DNA of 63,860 bases, counting the filler, from a bacterium (GTDB lineage Bacteria > JAMOTN01), in NCBI GenBank assembly GCA_027062325.1. It is 6 parts of 6 records of this genome, joined end to end, with 100 filler letters (N's around TTAATTAATTAA, not from the genome) between each part and the next. Parts side by side here need not be neighbours in the genome. Positions count along the whole stretch, not along the records: positions 11,976 to 38,209 come from JAMOTN010000038.1; 5 more parts are not named here. One strand, 5' to 3'. Made by a program: the position numbers and the translations under genes. A model generated the notes under the pieces. The model was not told where the DNA came from. It saw only the letters and a program-made list of their open reading frames with translations, and made no database searches. Every line of letters begins with the position of its first letter. Position 1 is the first letter of the stretch. This document shows positions 18,011 through 25,267 of this stretch, in pieces.

Positions 18011-19379
18011 TTTAAAGCCTAGGAAAAAAGCTAAGATATTTGTTGTAGAGCCGTGTGAGAGTTTTGAGGGTTTGAAAATTCCGAGAATTGAACTTCAGTA
18101 TTTTGTGGATAAATTCAGAAATTTTGATGTAGAAGAGATAAATTTTGAAAAGGAGTTTACTAAAACTTTTGAAAAAGGTTGCTTAGAGAAAATGTATGTT
18201 TCCCAAAAGGTTGGAAGACATAGACTACATTCTTACAGGGGAGTAGTTGTTTCTAACCTAGCATATAGTGTTCCAGTAGAGTGGTTTGTTAAAAGAGCGA
18301 AAGAAGATTTTAGAGAGTACGATTACTATGTTTTTCTCACCAAAAGACAAATTGTTGTTAGTCAAGAGTTAGTTGATAAAGTTACGGATTATGCAAGATG
18401 GGTGGATATATCAATGTTGCAAACATTAGGAGCTTTAGGGTTGGATTTCTTGGTAGTGAATTTGAATTTTTACCACATATTTGAAGAAATGTTGAAAAAA
18501 AGGATTGATATATTCAAAAAGGTAGGAAATGCTCTATATGATGTTGCTTTAAATGTTAATTCTTACTCAACGGTTGAGTTTACTTTGTACTCTTGGTTAT
18601 TGCCGCAGCCGTTTTGGTCAGCTTTTTTTGATTTTAACATTTATGATGAAAGGGTACCTGATTTTGATTTTAGGGTTGAGCCCATGGTTAAAATACCAAC
18701 TGAATACCTAAAATTTTTCTACTACTATCCTAGAAAAGTTTTTACTGATGTTGAATCTATTGGTGTGATAGAGGAGTATATGGGCGTTGATTTTTCTGAA
18801 CTAAAAGGGAAACCTTTTCAATTGGTATTCAAGATTAATGATAGGAGTGAATTAGGAAAAGTTTCGGAGTTTCTTCAAGTGAATAGAAATAATATTTGGA
18901 GAGTTGGAGTGTGGGCTGATTATGAACTTTTAAAGGAAGAGTTATCGAAAGAAGACAACATTTTTAAACGCCAAGGTTTACACTTTGTTGTAGTTGATAA
19001 TCTATATCTTTCTGAGGAGAATGTGGATGTTGAGAATGTAATAGCTGCAAGAACTTTGGATAGCTTGCCTAACTACACATTTATAGTTGATGGTGATGAC
19101 AGTTTCTTAAAAGATTTTATGAAAGATATGCTCTATAGAAGAGGTAGAGTAATACTAAAAGATAGAGATGAGTACGCGCCAGCGGTAATTCCAGAGGTTT
19201 GTCCGTACGTTTTGGAAAAGGTATTTTTTAAGAATAAAGAAGCTTATACGTGTCCGTTTAAAATGGGAGAGAGGGAGAGGAGCTGGAAGGATAGGTTTGA
19301 AAAATGGGAGAAGTTTAGTATGGATTACTACTGCTTTGGCTGTAAAGATTGGTGGAAAAAATGGTTCTGGTTTGAGTAA
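17997..19379 (+). CDS. Hypothetical protein with C-terminal SPASM-like Cys motif and no radical-SAM CxxxCxxC
   Basis: C-terminus VCPYV...YTCPF...YYCFGCKDWW; overlaps the maf stop. Confidence 0.5.
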   Translation: MEIFDLKPRKKAKIFVVEPCESFEGLKIPRIELQYFVDKFRNFDVEEINFEKEFTKTFEKGCLEKMYVSQKVGRHRLHSYRGVVVSNLAYSVPVEWFVKRAKEDFREYDYYVFLTKRQIVVSQELVDKVTDYARWVDISMLQTLGALGLDFLVVNLNFYHIFEEMLKKRIDIFKKVGNALYDVALNVNSYSTVEFTLYSWLLPQPFWSAFFDFNIYDERVPDFDFRVEPMVKIPTEYLKFFYYYPRKVFTDVESIGVIEEYMGVDFSELKGKPFQLVFKINDRSELGKVSEFLQVNRNNIWRVGVWADYELLKEELSKEDNIFKRQGLHFVVVDNLYLSEENVDVENVIAARTLDSLPNYTFIVDGDDSFLKDFMKDMLYRRGRVILKDRDEYAPAVIPEVCPYVLEKVFFKNKEAYTCPFKMGERERSWKDRFEKWEKFSMDYYCFGCKDWWKKWFWFE

Positions 19380-19395
19380 GACAGGTGTGGCTGTA

Positions 19396-21057
19396 ATGTC
19401 GTTGAGGACTTTTCTGTTGTTGAGCTTTATCTATTTTTATACACTTGTTGTTTTTTCGTATTCACTTGATGATTTGATGAAAAGTTATATGAAAAGAGTT
19501 GTGGGAGAGAATGTGGATTTGCTCTCATATTTTGAAAGAATGAAGAATGGTAAATGGATTCTAGATGATTACAGGATGTATTATTTGGCTTCGAAGAAGG
19601 TACGCAGTAAGAGCTACAAAGATGTCTTAGCAGGAATAAAGTGGGCTAAATTGCTTATAAAATACTATCCGGATAGTGTATGGGCTGATGATGCAGCAAT
19701 TATTCTGTTTGAAAATTTGGGGATTATATATGATAGGTTTAAAACAGCTATTATTCAGCGAGCTGATTGGAAAGCTGTTAAAAAGAATTATAGGAAACTT
19801 TTGAGTTATACGCTCTTAAAAAGAGCTGTGAAGGAGGATGATTTGAGGTTTGTCGAAAAGATTGCTCGGCTTTTAGGAAGGGATGTATTGTGGTGGAAAG
19901 TGAAGTGGTATCTTGCTCATGGGAAGCGTAGATATATAACGAAAGTGTTGGATAGGGGAAAAAGTTGTAAGGAGAAGTACTATGCATTTGTAGTAAGTAA
20001 AACTGAGAGAAGAGCATTTGAGGTTTTGAAAATGCCATGTTATAGATATGCTAAGAAAGCTATGCAGTATTTGGTGGATAAAGTTATAATGGGGAATCGC
20101 AGGCTCGCTGAAAAGTTATGGAGAAAGCGTAAAAGTTTCTATCACAAGGAATTTCAGGAGGTAGCTAACTGGTGTTATGAATATGCAAAGAGGTTTTCAA
20201 TAACCTTTCTTTCAAAGTTAGAGCCGTACAGTTCTCTAGATACTAGAATTGCTTTTTTAAAGAGGATTAGTACGGGGAGGTTGAGATTGGAAGACGTAAC
20301 GGATGTTTTTAGGCCATTTTACTATGTATTTAGTGGAAAATGGCGGGAGTTGTTTTCAAAAAAGCTTGATTTTGAAAAGCATAGGATTGGTAGTGATTAC
20401 TTAAAAAGTTTAAAGGGGTGGCATATTGCCAAAGCACGCTACATATTGGGATTTGATGAACAAGCGGTTGACTTTGTGGTAGCAGAGTTGTATGCTCAGC
20501 TTAAAGCATCTACAAGTAATCAGGCGTCCAAAAAACTACTTCAAACTTTGGTTTACTACCTTGTGCGAGCTAATCGATGGCGTGAAGTTGTGAGCTTGGG
20601 AATAAGGTATGGTAATAAATTGTGGCAGTATCCAGCGGCTTTTAAAAAATGTTTTATAAATGCAAGTAGAAGATACAGAGTTCCTTTGATTTTGCTGTAT
20701 GGACTTGCAAAGACTGAGAGTAATTTTAACTGCAGAGCTTTTTCAATAAGTGGTGCTTACGGTGTAATGCAGATAATGCCTGGGACGGCACGTTGGATTA
20801 AGAAGAGGTTGGGAGTTAGAGGAGATTGGCATGAGTGTTGTACAAATATAAATTATGGAGCTGCATATCTTGCGTATCTTAAGCGACAGACCGATTGGTT
20901 GAGAGCTGTTGCAGCTTACAATGGTGGTTTGAGACGTGTAAAAAATCTAAAGCCAGAGGAGTTGCTGTTTAGTGTAGGAATTGCGGAGACTGAGAAATAC
21001 GTTTACAAGGTCCTATACAATTCCTATCAGTACTTTAAAATATGGGGTAAAAAGTGA
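19396..21057 (+). CDS. Soluble lytic murein transglycosylase (Slt-type), signal peptide
   Basis: KTESNF (catalytic Glu), SISGAYGVMQIMPGTA, NINYGAAYL, AAYNGG, ETEKYVYKV. Likely start is ATG 19396 (ORF track gives 19297). Confidence 0.88.
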   Translation: MSLRTFLLLSFIYFYTLVVFSYSLDDLMKSYMKRVVGENVDLLSYFERMKNGKWILDDYRMYYLASKKVRSKSYKDVLAGIKWAKLLIKYYPDSVWADDAAIILFENLGIIYDRFKTAIIQRADWKAVKKNYRKLLSYTLLKRAVKEDDLRFVEKIARLLGRDVLWWKVKWYLAHGKRRYITKVLDRGKSCKEKYYAFVVSKTERRAFEVLKMPCYRYAKKAMQYLVDKVIMGNRRLAEKLWRKRKSFYHKEFQEVANWCYEYAKRFSITFLSKLEPYSSLDTRIAFLKRISTGRLRLEDVTDVFRPFYYVFSGKWRELFSKKLDFEKHRIGSDYLKSLKGWHIAKARYILGFDEQAVDFVVAELYAQLKASTSNQASKKLLQTLVYYLVRANRWREVVSLGIRYGNKLWQYPAAFKKCFINASRRYRVPLILLYGLAKTESNFNCRAFSISGAYGVMQIMPGTARWIKKRLGVRGDWHECCTNINYGAAYLAYLKRQTDWLRAVAAYNGGLRRVKNLKPEELLFSVGIAETEKYVYKVLYNSYQYFKIWGKK

Positions 21058-21109
21058 TAAAATTATATAAGTGACTGAACGTGAATAAACTTGTATAGGG
21101 GGCATTGAA

Positions 21110-21862
21110 TTGGCTGGTAAGGTGGAACATAAGCAGATTTCGGATTCCAGAAAATGGGCTGCTTTTAACCTTGCTTTAGTTGGTGCGCATTTGGGTATTG
21201 CTGCAGAGGGTAAGAGTAATGTTGAGATAGAGTATGAGTATGGACTTATTACTGAGCCCCAGACGGAGAGCGTGGAGTTAGTTGAATATTGGATTGAGTT
21301 TTTAAAGACAGCGGATTTTTCTGTGGTTAAAGATGCAGTGTCTGAAGAGTGGCAAATATGGTTATTTTTGATTCCCTCAACTTTGGCTGCAGATAAAAAG
21401 AAGTTTGCAGAGTTAATGATATACGTTGATGAAGATGTGGAGTATCTGGAGAAGTTTTTTGATATTTTTCAGAATTTGCGTGAGATGAGAAAGTTGAATA
21501 TTGCGTGTTTTGACGGATTTGATGAAAGTGAGGCTGTATTGGATTACGTATTAGGTGTAAAGAATTCTTCATATGATGATGAAGTTATTCAGGAGTTGTT
21601 TGCTTATTTTGATCCGTACAGTGTGCGAGGAGTTTTTTGGAGAGCAGCGGTGAGTTTTTTGTTATCTCCTGAAAATGCTACTGGTGTTATTATAAGAGCA
21701 GCAAATCTTGGAGATAGTGCTATTGTTACTACAGCTTTAGCGGGCTTGATAGTAGGGGCATTTAGTGGTAGACTTGAAATACCGGGTAACTGGAAAAGAT
21801 TTTTAAATACGATTGATGCGGCAAGTTTGTACGAGGAATTTTTGGACAATTGGGCAAGTTGA
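21110..21862 (+). CDS. ADP-ribosylglycohydrolase (DraG/ARH)-fold protein with degenerate active site
   Basis: ALVGAHLGIAAEG resembles GDALG.P.E; RAANLGDSAIVTTALAGLIVGA.SG...IP.NW resembles AVN.GGDTDT.AAI.GAL.GA.YG...IP..W. Confidence 0.6.
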   Translation: MAGKVEHKQISDSRKWAAFNLALVGAHLGIAAEGKSNVEIEYEYGLITEPQTESVELVEYWIEFLKTADFSVVKDAVSEEWQIWLFLIPSTLAADKKKFAELMIYVDEDVEYLEKFFDIFQNLREMRKLNIACFDGFDESEAVLDYVLGVKNSSYDDEVIQELFAYFDPYSVRGVFWRAAVSFLLSPENATGVIIRAANLGDSAIVTTALAGLIVGAFSGRLEIPGNWKRFLNTIDAASLYEEFLDNWAS

Positions 21863-21902
21863 GATTGCACTAGTAAAAATGAAGGGATAGGAGGGATCAG
21901 AT

Positions 21903-22154
21903 ATGGAGATGTGGGTAAAAATTGGGGATAAGGTTACCAAGTTCCAAGGTTCCATGTATTCTGTTGTGTCTCAACTTGTTGAGAAGGCTTCAGATGCAAA
22001 GGATGTAAAGCTTATGTGTTGGCATGCTGGCCAGAAGGAAAGAAGAAGGCTGAAAAGAGAATTTAGAGCTGCAGGAAGAGATTTAGTTAAGATGGCAGTA
22101 AATTTGAAGAAATGGTTTGAAAGCAAGAAAACAAAAGGTTATGCAACAAATTAG
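21903..22154 (+). CDS. Small basic hypothetical protein, 83 aa
   Basis: Strong RBS GGAGGGA; basic helix KERRRLKREFR. Confidence 0.75.
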   Translation: MEMWVKIGDKVTKFQGSMYSVVSQLVEKASDAKDVKLMCWHAGQKERRRLKREFRAAGRDLVKMAVNLKKWFESKKTKGYATN

Positions 22155-22258
22155 TTTTGAAGTGTAGATATTAAATAGCGAACTGTCCTGCCTACTTACC
22201 ACTTTTCAGGTGGTAGGAGGTTGGAGCAGGAATCGCACAAATAATTAAGTTAAGGAGG

Positions 22259-22717
22259 ATGGGTGTGATGGCTTACGAAGTTGGTAGTGTTGTGAAAGGC
22301 GTAGTAGAGGCTATTAAACCGTTTGGAGCATTTGTTAAGTTGGAGAATGGTGAAGTGGGATTGATCCACATCTCTAAAGTATCGTCAGATTATGTTAGAA
22401 GAGTTTCTGATTATTTGAGTGTTGGAGATGAAGTTGAAGTCAAAATTTTGGAAATCAAAGAGGATGGGAAGATTGCTCTTGAGCTCATTGGTGGTAAGTT
22501 GAAGGAGGGATCTTCTAGACGAGAAGAGAATTCTGAAAGGAGGCAGATGTCCGAGAGAAAAGAGGCTTCAGAAGAGTCTTCAGAGAAGAGAGAGCGTTCT
22601 AGCAAAGGATCTCCTAAAGAAAGATCTGACTTTGAACGTAAGTTTGCTGAATTTAAAAGGATAAGTGATTCTACAATGATGGATCTGCGTCGTAGAAGTG
22701 ACAGACGCAGTAAGTAA
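22259..22717 (+). CDS. S1 RNA-binding domain protein (YabR/YugI-like)
   Basis: EVGSVVKGVVEAIKPFGAFVKL...GLIHISKVS.DYV...L.VGDEVEVK; C-terminal DFERKFAEFKR.S. Confidence 0.9.
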   Translation: MGVMAYEVGSVVKGVVEAIKPFGAFVKLENGEVGLIHISKVSSDYVRRVSDYLSVGDEVEVKILEIKEDGKIALELIGGKLKEGSSRREENSERRQMSERKEASEESSEKRERSSKGSPKERSDFERKFAEFKRISDSTMMDLRRRSDRRSK

Positions 22718-22738
22718 TGGGGGTTATAACCTTTCATT

Positions 22739-22767
22739 GGAGGTGGGGCTTTCCCACCTCCTTTTTT
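22739..22767 (+). terminator. Intrinsic terminator
   Basis: GGAGGTGGG-gcttt-CCCACCTCC followed by TTTTTT. Confidence 0.9.
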
Positions 22768-22798
22768 ATTTATACTCTTATTTTAGGAGGGGGTAGTA

Positions 22799-23743
22799 TT
22801 GAATTATTGGAAATGGAATGGTGCGGCAGTGGTGGCTTACCTTCTGGTGTTTGGACTCAGTATTTATGCGAGTGTTGAAAACTTGTTTGATTCCCCAGTT
22901 GAACTTGCAGATTGTTATTATGAGTTGAGAGAGTACAACAAAGCTATGGATGTATTGAAAAAGCTTCTTACAAATGTGGATTTGTCAGATGATATTCGGT
23001 TAAAAGCACGCTTTTTGTTGGGGAAGATTTTTCAGAAAAAGAAGATGTACGTTGATGCAGCAGAGCAATTTATGATGGCTTACAATCTTGAAAAGGATCC
23101 TACGAGGCGCATAGATATTTTAAAAGAGGTTGTGGGATGTTATACAGAAGCTGGAATTTACAACAAAATTGGAGAAATATACTCGTTGATAAACGAAGAA
23201 AAGAGGAAAATAAGACAAAACAATGAAGAGGTTCAATTGAATAAGCTTGAGGAGTTGAAAAAAAAAGGGGTTGTTGAAGTTGTTACTCCTGATACTCCCA
23301 TAGTTTCGACTGGTGAAAAGTTATCCGATAAAGGTAATACTGCAAATCAAGAAAGGATGCGAAATAAGGCTTTTAAGTCTTTGTTGGATAAAGCTCAAAA
23401 ATTTGTAAACGAAGGTAAATATCCTCAAGCTTATAGTTTATTGGAAAAGTCTTATAAATTGGCTAAAAATTTAAAGGACAAAGAGGATGCTTTGCTTTCA
23501 CTTATAGGTGTGTCAATACAAGTTGGGCATGGGCTAGGAAAGTGGTTAGAAGAGATTGAAAAGCTTCCGGGTGATTCCACATTGAAGGATTTATTGGATT
23601 TGTATCCATCGCCTTATAGAATAAAAAAAGCGATTGAAGCTGGAAATTTATCCACTGCTAGAAAGTTGTGTGAAGATTTGATGCGTTTTGATTCAGATCC
23701 CAAATGGAAAAAACTTTACGACAGTATTGTTGCGAGGATGTGA
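22799..23743 (+). CDS. Exported TPR-repeat protein
   Basis: N-terminal hydrophobic segment; TPR-like helices LADCYY...KAMDVLKK and ARFLLGKIF...AAEQF. Confidence 0.7.
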   Translation: MNYWKWNGAAVVAYLLVFGLSIYASVENLFDSPVELADCYYELREYNKAMDVLKKLLTNVDLSDDIRLKARFLLGKIFQKKKMYVDAAEQFMMAYNLEKDPTRRIDILKEVVGCYTEAGIYNKIGEIYSLINEEKRKIRQNNEEVQLNKLEELKKKGVVEVVTPDTPIVSTGEKLSDKGNTANQERMRNKAFKSLLDKAQKFVNEGKYPQAYSLLEKSYKLAKNLKDKEDALLSLIGVSIQVGHGLGKWLEEIEKLPGDSTLKDLLDLYPSPYRIKKAIEAGNLSTARKLCEDLMRFDSDPKWKKLYDSIVARM

Positions 23744-24231
23744 GATTTTTGAGGTTTGTTTTTTTGAAGATAGCTGCTTTTATTGCAGTGTGTTTAGGGT
23801 TTTGGGGTGAAGCTGAGGAAGACTTTGCTAACTTAGTTAAGTATTATGAGGATCCCAAACTCTCCACGGAGGCTGTTTATTTAAACGAATTGGGATTGAT
23901 GCTTTACCAGGATGGGGATATTGATGGGGCTTTAGACTTTTTCCAAAAAGCTTGGGAAAAAGGTTCGATAACTGCATTGGGAAACGTGATAATAGTTTTG
24001 TGGAATTCTCAAGAGTATGATAGGGCTTATAAAGTTTTGGAGAGGGAAGATGCAAGAAAACAATTATCTTCCAAAATTCCAGAAATTGCGTTGATAAAGG
24101 CGCTTCTCTTGTATAGAATAAAGAAGAAAAGAAGTGCTAGGAAGATTTTAAAAGATTTAGATCCTTCAAAGTTTAAAACACGGGAGGCAGTTGAATTATA
24201 TAGAAAATTGAGAAAGTTGGTTAGCAATTAG
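23704..24231 (+). CDS. TPR-repeat protein (start uncertain)
   Basis: YLNELGLMLYQDGDIDGALDFFQKA. Confidence 0.7.
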   Translation: MEKTLRQYCCEDVRFLRFVFLKIAAFIAVCLGFWGEAEEDFANLVKYYEDPKLSTEAVYLNELGLMLYQDGDIDGALDFFQKAWEKGSITALGNVIIVLWNSQEYDRAYKVLEREDARKQLSSKIPEIALIKALLLYRIKKKRSARKILKDLDPSKFKTREAVELYRKLRKLVSN

Positions 24232-24233
24232 TT

Positions 24234-25229
24234 GTGGGGGTGGTTGAGTTGTTTTTCTCATCAGATAAATTTTCTCAGTTTTACGAGGAAGCTAAGCAGG
24301 AGTTTGAAAATGGTAATTTAGATAGAGCTCGTTTTCTGCTTTTAAAGGCACTTGAGCTGGTTTATACAATTGAAGAGAGGCAGCGAGTTGAAGAGTTGCT
24401 GGATAGGGTAAATAAGCGATTAGGATCTTACCTTTATAGAAGGGCAAAGGATCTTTTGCTGGCTGGGGAGTATTTAAAGGCTTGGGAGTTTGCAAGGACT
24501 GTTCTTGAACTTGGTATAGAGGAGAAGGATGCAGAGGGATTTGCTAATCTTGTTGATGAGATAAGAAATAAGCTTGAGGAAAGCGAACGTCTGGGCTTCA
24601 TAGAACCTTATCTTGAAAGAGCTTCTGAGTTTGAGGAGAATGGGAACTTTGAAGAGGCAATAGTTGAGTTGAAAGAAGCAGTTGCTATGTTGGAAGGATT
24701 AAACACACCTAAGTATGATGAGTTAGTTGATAGGATTGCTGAATTGGAGGAAAAGGTTGTTGAAAGAATTATGAAGAATTACAATCCTGAGGATGATTTT
24801 TCGGCTCTCAAGACGGTTGATGCAGCTTTAGCTGTTGTTGATTTTAATGCTGAGTTGAAGAAAAAGTTGATTGATTTGTTGTTGAAGCATAGAAAAAATA
24901 TTGCAGAGCAGAAAGCAAAAGATCCAGATTTTGAAAAGTTAGAAGTAGATGATATAGTGCGTGAATATGAACGTGCTATAGGACTTTATTTTAATATGCC
25001 TCACTCACCGGGTTTGGGTTTTGAGCTAAGAAATCCTTATAAAGAGTATGTCGATGCTTTGAGAAGAAAACTTGCAATAGCTATTGGTAGAAAGGCGGAT
25101 TTAGAATTTAGAAAAGGTAGGAGAAAGAAAGCACTTGAGTACTATAAACTTGCTCATAAATACTCCGAGGGATTGAATATGCCTGAGAGAGTTTATTTCC
25201 AAAAGATGATTACAAATTTGGAGAAGTAG
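24234..25229 (+). CDS. TPR-like helical repeat protein
   Basis: Repeated A...FE.G.(L/F)..A motifs. Confidence 0.65.
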   Translation: MGVVELFFSSDKFSQFYEEAKQEFENGNLDRARFLLLKALELVYTIEERQRVEELLDRVNKRLGSYLYRRAKDLLLAGEYLKAWEFARTVLELGIEEKDAEGFANLVDEIRNKLEESERLGFIEPYLERASEFEENGNFEEAIVELKEAVAMLEGLNTPKYDELVDRIAELEEKVVERIMKNYNPEDDFSALKTVDAALAVVDFNAELKKKLIDLLLKHRKNIAEQKAKDPDFEKLEVDDIVREYERAIGLYFNMPHSPGLGFELRNPYKEYVDALRRKLAIAIGRKADLEFRKGRRKKALEYYKLAHKYSEGLNMPERVYFQKMITNLEK

Positions 25230-25267
25230 GTTACTGTGAAAAAGGCATTGAGTAGGAGGAGAATAAG

